Notes under the pieces: generated by a model | What the model saw: only the letters and a program-made list of their open reading frames with translations | What the model was told of the DNA's origin: nothing | Database searches by the model: none | Position numbers and translations under genes: made by a program | Shown: in pieces, positions 20,036 to 31,191 of the stretch | Layout of the letters: every line of letters starts with the position of its first letter | Numbering within the stretch: the stretch's first letter is position 1 | NCBI GenBank assembly: GCA_965205865.1 | Contig: CBDBHR010000030.1 | Coordinates: forward strand, 864,001-928,000 | DNA length: 64,000 bases | DNA from: a bacterium | GTDB taxonomy: Bacteria; SAR324; NAC60-12 | Reading direction: 5' to 3'

Positions 20036-20148
20036 GGTGGGGAAAACCGGCCTTGCCATGGAAACCGTTTGCAACTGATTTGGAGTCCTTTTTGTTCTAA
20101 TTGTTCGGCGACTGTCATAAGAACCTCGTGAGCCTCTTCTATCATCGT

Positions 20149-20424
20149 AAATCCGGGGACAGTTACTAATTAATTGCAATGGATTCCTTCATTTGATAAT
20201 GGTTGTAAATAATTATCGAGCATTGAATTTTCACTTCAGCAATGGGAGGTAAGCTAGCCAGGTTAGCGAGAGTGGTACTTCCAGGGGTCCCCCATCATGT
20301 CACCCAAGGAGGGGTTCGCTCCATAAAAATCTTTTCAAGTGACGAGGATCGCAGAGAGTATCTCTCTCTGCTCAACGCGCATGGAGAAAAAGAAAGATAA
20401 AAATTAGTAACTGTCCCCGGATTT
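20149..20424 (+). mobile_element. 276-bp TIR/REP-bounded RAYT (IS200-like) remnant
   Basis: 23-bp perfect TIR AAATCCGGGGACAGTTACTAATT; internal ARLARVVLPGVPHHVTQGGVRSIKIFSSDEDRREYL. Confidence 0.85.
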
Positions 20425-20497
20425 TTCTAAACAAAATAGAACCTCTGGGCGGCACTCCCCCTCCTCCAAAAAGACCCATTACGAGGTCTTTGAGTTC

Positions 20498-20926
20498 ATG
20501 GCTCTTTTGGCAGGGCATATTCCTTCCCCATACGAAACCATCACTTATTATTATGGAATCTACAGTAGTTCGTACCGAGGGAAGGAAAGAAAAGAAAAAG
20601 AGGGGGCGGCGTGCAACGAGAGCCCGATGGAAATGGAAAAGATTAAAGGGAAGGCTAAAACCAGCGTAAGTTGGGCACGCCTGATCCATAAAATCTTCGA
20701 AGTGGATCCTCTCTTGTGTCCCAATTGTGGCAAAGCAATGAAAATCATCGCTTTTATTACCAATCATCAAGAAGTCAAAAAAATTTTAAAGCACATCGAA
20801 GAAGAAACCGAAAGAGCCCCTCCCCTCCTTCCCTCTATCACGAGCTATCAGTCGGAAGATTCCTATGACTGGGGAGACTTCCCACCGGATGAAGCTTATT
20901 TTTGTGATGCGAAATGGGGCCTTTAA
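20498..20926 (+). pseudogene. IS91-family transposase C-terminal fragment
   Basis: HIP...YYGIYS...WARLIHKIFEVDPLLCPNCGKAMKIIAFI. Confidence 0.8.
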
Positions 20927-21109
20927 ACCTCAGGGATCACCTTGTCTCAAATCCGGCATTTTCCGACCAGCACAGAAGAAAAACGCTAAAAAAAATTCAA
21001 TAGCTCCCTCCCCTCAAGAAACCTGCCAAAAAATCAACAAAATCCTTCCTAAATTTCCCTTTACACACCTATTTACAGATGCTATCGTTTTGTGAAATTT
21101 TGATTTTCC

Positions 21110-21354
21110 TATTTGGCATTGCACTCGCCCTCGAACATCACCCTCAATTGGTTTTAATGGAGGAACTGAAAGGCCGAAATGTTGCCCGCTCTTTAAATAT
21201 TAATATCTCAGGATCAGTGGGAATTCTGATTCAAGCGAAACAACAAAATAAGATTGCTGCTGTTCGTCCGTTTTTAGAACAAATGCTTCCACAGGGAGTC
21301 TATTATAGTTCTACGTTTGTACGAGCAGTACTGGAACAAATGGGGGAAGAGTGA
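21110..21354 (+). pseudogene. DUF3368-like (PIN) C-terminal fragment
   Basis: IALALE...LMEELKGRNVARSLNINISGSVGILIQAK. Confidence 0.7.
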
Positions 21355-21616
21355 TTTGAAGGCTTGAACACTAGCCTGGGGAGTTTCTGAGTTCCCACTC
21401 AATCTGTGTGCCTTGGCAGGTCGCACTAATTTGCCTGTCCCCTTTTGTCCCCTTTTCTGAGCATCCCTCCCCAGCTGGGAACCTTGGGGGGCAGACCGAA
21501 GCCGAGAAAGCTCAGCGAAGCACTCCGCCGCCGTACGTCGTTCGGCTGCCAAGAAAAACCCTCCCGTCCGCGATGCGGATGGGAGGGTCCGAAAACGGTT
21601 AGCTGCTTCTTGGCTA

Positions 21617-23458
21617 CTAAAACCCCATTTCCTTCTTCAGCTCCTGGTCAATCCAGAGGCGGGCGAAAACGATCATGCGGTTAGCACCATCCAGAGTGGT
21701 TTCACCGTTATAACCTTTGACCCACGGCCAAGACGCATTGAACTCCGGTACTTTCGTACCCCACAGCAGCAAGTGGTTCTCTACAATGTACATATTTGCC
21801 TCTTTAACCGCCCGCTGCTGCTCCTCAATAGTCTGCGCCGCTACGACGGCTTCATACAAGGCCTCATACGCCGGGTTCATGCCTCCGGGCAAGTTCATCC
21901 CTTGTACCGAAAAGGGCCGTATTGACCCGAGCACATTAGGATAATCTAAGCCCGAAACCGTCCAGGCCAGACCTTTAAAATCATGTCCTGAGGAAACACG
22001 AGCGGCATAAGTAGGGGCGTCCACGACATCAATCGCTACCTCAACGCCAATCTTCGCCCAGTAGGCGACCACTAATTCGGTATAGTCCACGTTCTGGTGG
22101 ACAACGCTGTGGACGACATCGGTCTTGAACCTCACGCCGTCCGGGCCACGTGGATATCCAGCCTCATCCAGGAGCTCCTCGGCCCTTTTCGGGTTATAGG
22201 TATATTCTTGCTGAAGCGCTTCGGGCCACTCTTCAAAGGGGGTGTTGTACCCAACGACGCCATCCCCAATGCGGCCCTGAGGTTTCCACAATCCGTAGCC
22301 GTTATAGAAGGTGTTGTTAATGGTCTCGTGGTCCAGCGCCATCTGCATGGCCTTGCGAACCCTGATGTCGCTAAATGGTGACTTGGTCGTTTCCACAGCA
22401 TAAGCCGTATTAGACCGGTAGGCAAACGGCCAAAGCTCGATTTCGGGGTTGGTCCGGTGGAGGCTCTCTACCTGGTCGGTAGACTGGATAACAGTACCGC
22501 CGGGGTAACCTATGATATCAACCCTACCCGAGCGGAGTGCCGCAATATATGTTGCCTCTTCTTTCATAATCAGCGTACTTATCTCGTCAATATAGGGCAA
22601 GCGGTTCTGGGGGTATTTTTCGTCGGTGCCCCAGTAGTCAGGATTCTTGGTCCAGGTCATCGAGCTGCCCTCGAGATAGTCCGTCAGCTCATAGGGACCG
22701 GTGCCGACTACGTTCCGCCAATCCTTCATGTCACCGTATTGCTCGATGACCTCGGGGGGCAGTACATATTGAGTAAAGTGGTCTAGGAACTGCAACAGCA
22801 GACCGAGTCTTGGTTCTTTCAGTTTGATCACAACCGTCCATTTGTCGGTGGCCGTTATCGATTCGACCGGTTCGCCAGCCCACGGCCAATAGAGTACCGG
22901 TGGCTTGTTTTCCGCTGTGAAACCGCTGCCCAGACCGAATGCTCGGTGCAAGTTGTATTCGACATCCTTGGCAGTCAGCTCCCGACCGTTCATCGGTGCC
23001 TTGTTATGCCAGTGAACGCCCTGGCGGATGTTGAGGATGATAGTTAGTGGGTCGGGTTGCGACCAGCTTTCCGCCAACTGCCCTTTCATGGCAAACAGAG
23101 GACGAAACACGGGTGATCTAATGTCAAGTTCGTTCCGATCAATTCCCCAGTTCACGATGGCGAGCGTCTCTACCACACCACCGATGCCAAACATCGCCCA
23201 AGGATGGAACAAGGAGTCAAAATTCGGAGGCGGGATCTTCGAAGCATAGGTCAATCTCCCGCCATACTCTGGCGCGGTCACCACCTTGCCGGTGGAGGGG
23301 TCGGTCACGTACTTCTTCTCCGCAGCGGCTGTCGGGCCGACCCAGAGGGTTGCGCCCAGAATGAAAGCCAGCAGCACCGAGAGGAGTTTCATGGCAGACC
23401 TGGGGCCTGCCGGGTTCAGCCCCACGAAGGAGGCGACAAGTTTTTTTATAATACTCAT
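21617..23458 (-). CDS. ABC peptide/nickel-family substrate-binding protein
   Basis: Family-5 SBP motifs; shared leader. Confidence 0.95.
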   Translation of the reverse strand: MSIIKKLVASFVGLNPAGPRSAMKLLSVLLAFILGATLWVGPTAAAEKKYVTDPSTGKVVTAPEYGGRLTYASKIPPPNFDSLFHPWAMFGIGGVVETLAIVNWGIDRNELDIRSPVFRPLFAMKGQLAESWSQPDPLTIILNIRQGVHWHNKAPMNGRELTAKDVEYNLHRAFGLGSGFTAENKPPVLYWPWAGEPVESITATDKWTVVIKLKEPRLGLLLQFLDHFTQYVLPPEVIEQYGDMKDWRNVVGTGPYELTDYLEGSSMTWTKNPDYWGTDEKYPQNRLPYIDEISTLIMKEEATYIAALRSGRVDIIGYPGGTVIQSTDQVESLHRTNPEIELWPFAYRSNTAYAVETTKSPFSDIRVRKAMQMALDHETINNTFYNGYGLWKPQGRIGDGVVGYNTPFEEWPEALQQEYTYNPKRAEELLDEAGYPRGPDGVRFKTDVVHSVVHQNVDYTELVVAYWAKIGVEVAIDVVDAPTYAARVSSGHDFKGLAWTVSGLDYPNVLGSIRPFSVQGMNLPGGMNPAYEALYEAVVAAQTIEEQQRAVKEANMYIVENHLLLWGTKVPEFNASWPWVKGYNGETTLDGANRMIVFARLWIDQELKKEMGF

Positions 23459-23599
23459 AATAACCTCTTTTATTTGAGGGTTTTGAGAATGATTCACCCG
23501 CTGTGGGGCGAATCGGAGTTTCGCGGCGGACACGACGTCTGCCACAGGAAGCTCTCCAAGAGGGCGAAAAGTTTCTTCGCGAGCATCTTCATCCGGACT

Positions 23600-23872
23600 A
23601 TTTTTTTGACCAGAATGGGTCTTTTTTGAGGAAAATGAGCGTTTGGAAACCGAGCCCTTCTATTTAACGTACCAAGAGCCAGAATCTGACAAAAAAAATC
23701 AAATTTTCTCAAAAATTTCCTGAAATTGCTTTCTTTTTTTGATCAGAATGGGTCTTTTTTGAGGAAAATGAGCGTTTGAAAACCGAGCCCTCCTATTTAT
23801 ATAACGTACCAAGAGCCAGAATATCACCAAAAAAATCAAATTTTCTCAAAAATTCCCCGAAATCGCTCTCTG
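23600..23872 (-). repeat. Sigma-3'-end/promoter repeat x2
   Basis: First copy has a 4-bp deletion at the -10 region. Confidence 0.9.
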
Positions 23873-24441
23873 GCGCGGTACAACTGTTGGGCGATCCGGT
23901 GCTTTTCCGTTTGGCTCAGTTCCTCTATGGGAAGCGCCAACTCCTCGGCGGCAAGGGCTTGCAGGGACAGCCTGTCCCAATAGCAGCGGCGCAGCAGCCG
24001 AGCGGTCTGGGGATGCTCGTCTTCCAGTTGTCTCAGGGCCCCTCCTACCCGGTCAATCTTCTCTTCCTGCAATTCCGCCGACTGGGCCTCCCACCAGGCC
24101 TGCATAGAGCGCAGCTCATCCACCTCTTCCGGGGCAGCGACTTCCGGCTGCCGTTTGGCACGTCTGATTTGGTCCAGCAGATGATTCTGAACGACTCTGT
24201 ACAGCCAACCCTGGAAGGCTTTATCGGCCTCGCCTTGGAATTTCTCCAGCTTGCTCTCCCACAAATTCTTCCAGATTTCCTGAACCACCTCATCCGTCTG
24301 ATGGAGGCTCCGATACTTGCCAATCAGCGATTGGGCAGTGTGGACGATATATGCCCTGTAGTGTTGGTACAACTCCTCAAAAGCGTCTTCCTTCCCTTGA
24401 ACGGACCCCTCCAGCAGTTCCCGCAATGTTTTCCGGTTCAT
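23836..24441 (-). CDS. ECF sigma-70 factor
   Basis: 201 aa, near-identical to 19352-19957. Confidence 0.92.
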   Translation of the reverse strand: MNRKTLRELLEGSVQGKEDAFEELYQHYRAYIVHTAQSLIGKYRSLHQTDEVVQEIWKNLWESKLEKFQGEADKAFQGWLYRVVQNHLLDQIRRAKRQPEVAAPEEVDELRSMQAWWEAQSAELQEEKIDRVGGALRQLEDEHPQTARLLRRCYWDRLSLQALAAEELALPIEELSQTEKHRIAQQLYRARERFRGIFEKI

Positions 24442-24488
24442 CGTTGGACTCGGTTTTGAGTTTCAGCCAAGAACGCACAAGAACAGCC

Positions 24489-24783
24489 TCAATATAGGAA
24501 AAGCAAGAGGGAAACGCAAGGTGGGGAAAACCGGCCTTGCCGTGGAAACCGTTTGCAACTGATTTGGAGTCCTTTTTGTTCTAATTGTTCGGCGACTGTC
24601 ATAAGAACCTCGTGAGCCTCTTCATAGCTGAGCAGGTTTTTCACTTGCTGAACCACTTCCTCTTCTTTGAGGTGGGAACTGGCTTTGAATAAATAGTAGA
24701 GTACCTCCTCAAGATACCGCAAACCACTGCCTTCTTCAAATAGTTTTTCAAACAAAGGCCAGATGACCGTGGCTAATTGAATG
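24489..24783 (-). pseudogene. Rpn-family C-terminal fragment
   Basis: Copy of 1419-1752. Confidence 0.65.
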
Positions 24784-24786
24784 AAA

Positions 24787-25062
24787 GGTGGCTACGCGCC
24801 ATGGGCCTTCACCAGTCCCGTTCTTGAGAAGCTGGTCATCGGGAACTGGGCAATAGATAGAGAAGAACATGGCTGGAATACAACGTACGTACCTCTCTCC
24901 ACCCTAAAAGGGGCACTGGCTGAAAGCTGGGAAATGCCCGACGCCACAACGATAGTCTACCACATCCGCCAGGGCGTTCACTGGCACAATAAGCCCCCAA
25001 TGTCCAGTCGGGAGCTAACTGCCGATGATATCGTATTTAACTATCATCGTTATTTTGGTCTG
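24787..25062 (+). pseudogene. Inverted internal SBP fragment
   Basis: VLEKLVIGNWAIDR...LAESWEMPD...RQGVHWHNKPP. Confidence 0.85.
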
Positions 25063-25338
25063 AAATCCGGGGACAGTTACTAATTAATTGCAATGGATTC
25101 CTTCATTTGATAATGGTTGTAAATAATTATCGAGCATTGAATTTTCACTTCAGCAATGGGAGGTAAGCTAGCCAGGTTAGCGAGAGTGGTACTTCCAGGG
25201 GTCCCCCATCATGTCACCCAAGGAGGGGTTCGCTCCATAAAAATCTTTTCAAGTGACGAGGATCGCAGAGAGTATCTCTCTCTGCTCAACGCGCATGGAG
25301 AAAAAGAAAGATAAAAATTAGTAACTGTCCCCGGATTT
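25063..25338 (+). mobile_element. 276-bp TIR/REP-bounded RAYT remnant
   Basis: Identical to 20149-20424. Confidence 0.85.
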
Positions 25339-25377
25339 TTTGATTTTTTGGCGCGTCGCGTAATAATAAAAGTAAAT

Positions 25378-25440
25378 TGGTGGAGGTGGCGGGAACGGTC
25401 CGCCGCTGCGACGGTCCGTCGTTACGGTCGAACCCGCGTC
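25378..25440 (-). other. tmRNA 3'-end fragment (att-like) with T-loop insertion
   Basis: Identical to 4327-4389. Confidence 0.7.
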
Positions 25441-25536
25441 AATCCCTTGATTAACAAGGTTTTGCAGGGGGTTTGCTAATCATTTGCTAATCCTTGGTTA
25501 TTGGCTTTGTCGGCCTCATAGATGAGGGGGAGCCTC

Positions 25537-26505
25537 CTAAGAGAAAGGGTTGATCAGTCTGGAGAGGAATCCTCGTTTGCGTTTCATCTTCACAGTGCCG
25601 TAACTGCCCTCACCTCCCCGCAGCCTGGGGTCGAGGAGGTCCCTGAGGGCGTCGCCGAACATATTGAGACTGAAAACGACCAGCGTCAGGCACAGCCCCG
25701 GCCAGAGCGCCAGCCGGGGCGCCTGCTCCATGTAGCGACGCCCTTCACTGCTGAGCATAGCCCCCCAGCTGGGAACCTTGGGCGGCAGACCGAATCCGAG
25801 AAAGCTCAGTGACGCTTCGGCAATGATGACCCCGCCGATGTTGATGCTGAAGATGATGATGAGGGGCGCAATGATATTGGGCAGGACATGGCGGATCAGG
25901 ATTTGGCGCGTGGGGATGCCCACGGCCCTGGCTGCCAGAAAGTAATCATTCTCTTTAATACCGATCACGGCACCTCTTACTGTTCTTGAGCCGACGATGC
26001 CTCCGGTGATCCCCAGGACCACGATGATCTGGGGCAAACCCCGCCCCACGAGGGACATGATGGTCAACAAAAGCAGCAGCCCCGGGAAGGCCATCCAGGC
26101 ATCAACAAATCTTTGCACCACCAGGTCCACTTTCCCTCCCAGGAATCCGGAGAGACTGCCGATCAGGACCGCGATGATCACATTGAGCGCCGTCGCGGAC
26201 AGTCCAACGGTTAAGGAGATTTGAGCCCCAAAGAGCAGGCGGCTCAGCAAATCCCGCCCCAACTGGTCGGTTCCCAGCAGGTACTGCTCGGAGGGCTGCT
26301 GCATTCTGTCAAGAATGTTGACTTCATCATGGGGAAAAGGCGCCAGCACCTCGGCAAAGACCGCCACCAAAATGAAGAGCAGGACGATGATTCCGCAGAA
26401 CGTCCCCAGCGGTTTCTCCTTGAGAAGCCTGACGAAGAAATCCACCAGCCCGGCACGCCGATTGGGCGCACTGACGGCGGAGGGTGCCTCTGTGGCATTG
26501 CTCAT
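25537..26505 (-). CDS. DppC/OppC-type ABC permease
   Basis: Full-length, canonical motifs. Confidence 0.95.
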   Translation of the reverse strand: MSNATEAPSAVSAPNRRAGLVDFFVRLLKEKPLGTFCGIIVLLFILVAVFAEVLAPFPHDEVNILDRMQQPSEQYLLGTDQLGRDLLSRLLFGAQISLTVGLSATALNVIIAVLIGSLSGFLGGKVDLVVQRFVDAWMAFPGLLLLLTIMSLVGRGLPQIIVVLGITGGIVGSRTVRGAVIGIKENDYFLAARAVGIPTRQILIRHVLPNIIAPLIIIFSINIGGVIIAEASLSFLGFGLPPKVPSWGAMLSSEGRRYMEQAPRLALWPGLCLTLVVFSLNMFGDALRDLLDPRLRGGEGSYGTVKMKRKRGFLSRLINPFS

Positions 26506-26528
26506 ATTAAGGCTTTTCGCGCCAGCGA

Positions 26529-27488
26529 CTATTCATAGCGCACCCGCGGGTCCAAGAAGGCATAGAACAGGTCGATAAATAGATTGATCCCCACCACGCC
26601 CGTGGCGAAGAACAGGTTGATTCCGGAAACCATCGGGTAGTCTCGGTCATTGAGGGCATTCAGCAAGAGACGCCCGAGCCCCGGCAGGTTGAAGATGTTC
26701 TCCATGATCACGGAGCCCCCCACCAGAATCGGCAACTGCAAGCCGATCAGGGTGATAACCGGGATGAGGGCATTCTTGAGGGCGTGTCTGATCACCACAA
26801 CCCGCTCCCTAAGCCCCTTGGACCAGGCGGTGCGGATATAGTCCTGCCTCAGCACCTCCAGCATCATCGTGCGCATCATCCGCATGGTCGCAGCCGCCGA
26901 GGCCGTTCCCAGAATCAGGCTGGGGATGAAGAACCCCCAGAGATTCCCCAGCGGGTCCTCTGTGAAAGGAATCAGCTCCAGCGGCGGCGACCAGCCCCAC
27001 CAGATGGCCGGGTAGATCATCACCATAATGCCCAGCCAGAAGTTCGGCGTAGCCAAGCCGATGATGGCGGCAGAGCGCCCCAGGTAGTCGGCGGCCGTAT
27101 CCTGGCGCATCGCCGAGTAGATGCCCACCGGCAGCGCGATCACGAGCCCGATGAGGATGGCCAGGACACCCAGCTCAAGGGTGACCGGCAGTCTCTCTAA
27201 GATTGCCTCCTCTACCGCATAACTGGTCAGCAGGGACTCGCCTAGAGAGCCGTTCAGGAGAATATCGCCGATCCAGCGTCCATACTGCACCCAGGCAGGC
27301 ACATCCAATCCCAGCCGACGCTCCAACGCTTCCCGGTCAATCCCCCCCGATTCTGCGTATTGCATTCTCCCTTCCAAGACGTCGATGACATCGCCGGGGA
27401 TGAAGCGGACCGAGAGAAAGACCAGGATGGTCAATATAAACAGGGTGGGGATTATGAGCAATAACCGCCTGATGATATAAGCTCTCAT
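26529..27488 (-). CDS. DppB/OppB-type ABC permease
   Basis: Full-length, canonical motifs. Confidence 0.95.
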   Translation of the reverse strand: MRAYIIRRLLLIIPTLFILTILVFLSVRFIPGDVIDVLEGRMQYAESGGIDREALERRLGLDVPAWVQYGRWIGDILLNGSLGESLLTSYAVEEAILERLPVTLELGVLAILIGLVIALPVGIYSAMRQDTAADYLGRSAAIIGLATPNFWLGIMVMIYPAIWWGWSPPLELIPFTEDPLGNLWGFFIPSLILGTASAAATMRMMRTMMLEVLRQDYIRTAWSKGLRERVVVIRHALKNALIPVITLIGLQLPILVGGSVIMENIFNLPGLGRLLLNALNDRDYPMVSGINLFFATGVVGINLFIDLFYAFLDPRVRYE

Positions 27489-27514
27489 GTGACACTCCTC
27501 ATCGCGATTTCCCT

Positions 27515-27830
27515 GTCATTGCCAACCCTCTTTTGTCATTGCGAGCCCCGATTCTATTGTCCCGACTCGGAAGTTCGTTGCATAAATCGCATCGTGTTCT
27601 GGAGGGGGCCTGTGGTTCGACAGGCTCACCACGAACGGGAAAATCCAACACCCCGTGAACGGGAAAATCCAACACTCCGTTCGCCCTGAGCCCGTCGAAG
27701 GGCAGCCGAAGGCTTTCTCTTTGTTAAGCGCACTTCTGAGACAGTAGACTATCGGGGCTTCGTCAAGTTCCTTCACTGCCTCTTCGCTGCACTCAGAGCT
27801 TCGGTTCAGGACAAGCCTCGCAATGACAGT
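27515..27830. repeat. REP-like palindromes between SBP and permease
   Basis: GTCATTGCGAG...CTCGCAATGAC, GTTCGACAGGCTCACCACGAACGG, 22-bp direct repeat GAACGGGAAAATCCAACAC. Confidence 0.65.
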
Positions 27831-27933
27831 AAGAAAGGCCCCCTCTCATTATTCAATGAGTAAGGGAGCTGGGAAGCCTGAGCCTCCCAGCTCCCTTTTG
27901 CCCTATGGTCAGCAGCCACAAGGGGTGAAACCC

Positions 27934-29754
27934 CTAATGACCCATTGCTTCCTTTAGCTCACTATCAATCCAGAGGCGGGAGAAGATGGTGGTATATTGA
28001 CCGGCTGCCAACCTCTTTTCACCGTTATAACCTATGACCCACGGCTGCACCGCAGCATACTGTGGGGCCATAGGACCCCATATCGTCCAGAACTTCTCTA
28101 TCCCATACTGATCCAGCTCTTTAACTATCCTGTTCTGCTCCTCGAGGGTGGTAGCGGCTGCGGCGGCCTTATGCATGGCGTCATAATCCGGGTCTTGTGG
28201 GTTGGAGGTGTTCCATGATAGGCCCATCGTATATTTCATCTGCACTACCAATGGGAACCACGTATTGGCCGCTTCCGCACTAATCATTTCGAAATCCCTC
28301 TCAGTTCTTCTAGAGGCAAAGACAGCTGATGGCACTACATCAATCTCCACATCAACGCCAATCTTATTCCAGTATGAAGCGACTAATTCTACATAGTTCA
28401 AATCGTACCGCTCGAGGTGCATCAACCCGGTCTTAAATCTAATGCCGTCGGCGCCGCGAGGATACCCGGCCTCATCAAGCAACGCTTCGGCACCTTCCGG
28501 GTCGTAGTCAAAGACCTTCTTGACATCTTCGGGCCAATCTTCAAATTGGGTGACAACCGCTGAAAAAGAACGGTTTTGCTGCCCCTGAGGTATTATATCT
28601 GCATAACCCTTATAGTAGGCGTTGTTGATTGTCTCGAGGTCAATTGCCATCTGCATTGCCTTGCGCACCCTGATGTCGTCAAAGGGCGGCAACTGAACGT
28701 TCATGCCAAAAGAATTTTCCGACCGTTCTGACGACGTGTGGATTACGAGTTCGGGGTTGGTCCGCTGGAGGCTCTCTAGCTGGTCGAGACTCCTCATTTG
28801 AGCCGCCCCGATCACACCTATGTAATCAACCTTACCCGTGCGCAGTGCCGCCATATATGTTGCCACTTCGGGCATAATCAGGGCCCTTAACCGGTCAATA
28901 TAGGGCAAGCGGTTCTCCGGGTACTTTTCGTCGTAGCCCCAGTAGTCAGGATTCTTGTCCCAGGTGACAGAGCTGCCCTTGACCCAGTCAGTCAGCATAA
29001 AGGGACCGGTGCCGACCAGGTTCCTCCAATCCGTAACGTCCCCGTGTTCCTTGATTACCTCGGGGGGATATATCCAGGCAAGCCTGCCGTCGAGGATATG
29101 AGTCAGCGCACCGAGGTTTAGCTCCTTCAGCTTAAAAACAACCGTCCATTTGTCGGTGGCCGTTATCGATTCCACTTGCACACCCTTCCACTCAGCATGT
29201 TCGCTACCTTCGGTGAAACCGCTGCCGAGTCCCAAGATACGGTGATAGTTGTACTCGATATCGTCGGCAGTCAGCTCCCTACCGTTCATCGGTGGCTTAT
29301 CGTGCCAGTGAACGCCCTGGCGGATGTGGATGGTATAGGTGAGGCCGTCCTCGGAAATATCCCAGCTTTCCGCCAGAGACCCTATCGTGTTAGTTGGAAC
29401 GTTGAGAAACATGAAATCATATTTGTCCCTGGGCGTTGCCCAGTCCCCAATGGCCAGCTTCTCTAAAACGCCAGAGACGTAGGCCATCGCCCACATACCA
29501 CTGACCACGGTGTCAGGACCTGCCGCCTCTTCTTTTCGGGCGAAGGTCAATGTCCCGCCATACTCAGGTGCGGTCACGACCTTACCTGTGCTGGGGTCCG
29601 TCACATACTTCTTCTCCGCAGCGGCTGTCGGGTCGACCCAGAGGGTTGCGCCCAGAATGAAAGCCAGCAGCACCGAGAGGAGTTTCATGGCAGACCTGGG
29701 GCCTGCCGGGTTCAGCCCCGCGGTGGAGGCGACAAGTTTTTTTATAATACTCAT
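27934..29754 (-). CDS. ABC peptide/nickel-family substrate-binding protein
   Basis: Family-5 SBP motifs; shared leader. Confidence 0.95.
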   Translation of the reverse strand: MSIIKKLVASTAGLNPAGPRSAMKLLSVLLAFILGATLWVDPTAAAEKKYVTDPSTGKVVTAPEYGGTLTFARKEEAAGPDTVVSGMWAMAYVSGVLEKLAIGDWATPRDKYDFMFLNVPTNTIGSLAESWDISEDGLTYTIHIRQGVHWHDKPPMNGRELTADDIEYNYHRILGLGSGFTEGSEHAEWKGVQVESITATDKWTVVFKLKELNLGALTHILDGRLAWIYPPEVIKEHGDVTDWRNLVGTGPFMLTDWVKGSSVTWDKNPDYWGYDEKYPENRLPYIDRLRALIMPEVATYMAALRTGKVDYIGVIGAAQMRSLDQLESLQRTNPELVIHTSSERSENSFGMNVQLPPFDDIRVRKAMQMAIDLETINNAYYKGYADIIPQGQQNRSFSAVVTQFEDWPEDVKKVFDYDPEGAEALLDEAGYPRGADGIRFKTGLMHLERYDLNYVELVASYWNKIGVDVEIDVVPSAVFASRRTERDFEMISAEAANTWFPLVVQMKYTMGLSWNTSNPQDPDYDAMHKAAAAATTLEEQNRIVKELDQYGIEKFWTIWGPMAPQYAAVQPWVIGYNGEKRLAAGQYTTIFSRLWIDSELKEAMGH

Positions 29755-29895
29755 AATAACCTCTTTTATTTGAGGGTTTTGAGAATGATTCACCCGCTGT
29801 GGGGCGAATCGGAGTTTCGCGGCGGGCACGGCGCCTGCCACGGGGAACTCTCTGCAGAGGGCGAAAAGTTTCTTCGCGAGCATCTTCATCCGGAC

Positions 29896-30321
29896 TATTT
29901 TTTTGACCAGAATGGGTCTTTTTTGAGGAAAATGAGCGTTTGGAAACCGAGCCCTTCTTTATATAACGTACCAAGAGCCAGAATATCACCAAAAAAATCA
30001 AATTTTCTCAAAAATTTCCTGAAATTGCTCTCTGTCATCCGGACTATTTTTTTGACCAGAATGGGTCTTTTTTGAGGAAAATGAGCGTTTGGAAACCGAG
30101 CCCTTCTATTTATATAACGTACCAAGAGCCAGAATATCACCAAAAAAATCAAATTTTCTCAAAAATTTCCTGAAATTGCTTTCTTTTTTTGACCAGAATG
30201 GGTCTTTTTTGAGGAAAATGAGCGTTTGGAAACCGAGCCCTCCTATTTACATAACGTACCAAGAGCCAGAATATGACAAAAAAATCAAATTTTCTCAAAA
30301 ATTCCCCGAAATCGCTCTCTG
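29896..30321 (-). repeat. Sigma-3'-end/promoter repeat x3
   Basis: GACCAGAATGGG at 29906, 30054, 30191. Confidence 0.9.
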
Positions 30322-30890
30322 GCGCGGTGCAACTGTTGGGCGATCCGGTGCTTTTCCGTTTGGCTCAGTTCCTCTATGGGAAGCGCCAACTTCTCGGCGG
30401 CAAGGGCTTCAAGGGACAGCCCGTCCCAATAGCAGCGGCGCAGCAGCCGAGCGGTCTGGGGATGCTCGTCTTCCAGTTGTGTCATAGCCTCTCCTGCCCG
30501 CTCAATCTTCTCTTCCTGCAATTCCGCCGACTGGGCCTGCCACCAGGCCTGCATAGAGCGCAGGTCATCCACCTCTTCCGGGGCAGCGAGTTCCGGCTGC
30601 CGTTTGTCACGTCTGATTTGGTCCAGCAGATGATTCTGAACGACTCTGTACAGCCAACCCAGGAAGGCTTTATCGGCCTCGCCTTGGAATTTCTCCAGCT
30701 TGCTCTCCCACAAATCCTTCCAGATTTCCTGAACCACCTCATCCGCCTGATGGAGGCTCCGATAATTGCCAATCAGCGATTGGGCAGTGTAGACGATATA
30801 TTCCCTGTAGTGTTGGTACAACTCCTCAAAAGCGTCTTCCTTCCCTTGAACGGACGCCTCCAGCAGTACCCGCAATGGTTTCCGGTTCAT
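30285..30890 (-). CDS. ECF sigma-70 factor
   Basis: 201 aa paralog; upstream flank diverges at ~30936. Confidence 0.92.
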   Translation of the reverse strand: MNRKPLRVLLEASVQGKEDAFEELYQHYREYIVYTAQSLIGNYRSLHQADEVVQEIWKDLWESKLEKFQGEADKAFLGWLYRVVQNHLLDQIRRDKRQPELAAPEEVDDLRSMQAWWQAQSAELQEEKIERAGEAMTQLEDEHPQTARLLRRCYWDGLSLEALAAEKLALPIEELSQTEKHRIAQQLHRARERFRGIFEKI

Positions 30891-31191
30891 CGTTGGACTC
30901 GGTTTTGATTTTCAGCCAAGAACGCACAAGAACAGCGCTTGCTAGCTCTAAAACCGACTCTGCGATTATGAGAAAAATGCGAAATAGACTGAGACTGGAT
31001 AACTGGGGAAAAAACCAACTGACTCGCTACGCTCGCAGGTGAACTTTATCTCGTTAGCTTTCTAAAATCCGCAAAATAAAGATGGTTCATCTTCATCAAA
31101 AGTAAAAGTAAGAGAGAATCATTGACAAATGTCCATATTTTGTACATACTTTTTATGTAATATTGATGAACTATTGAGACAAAGAGGAGAT

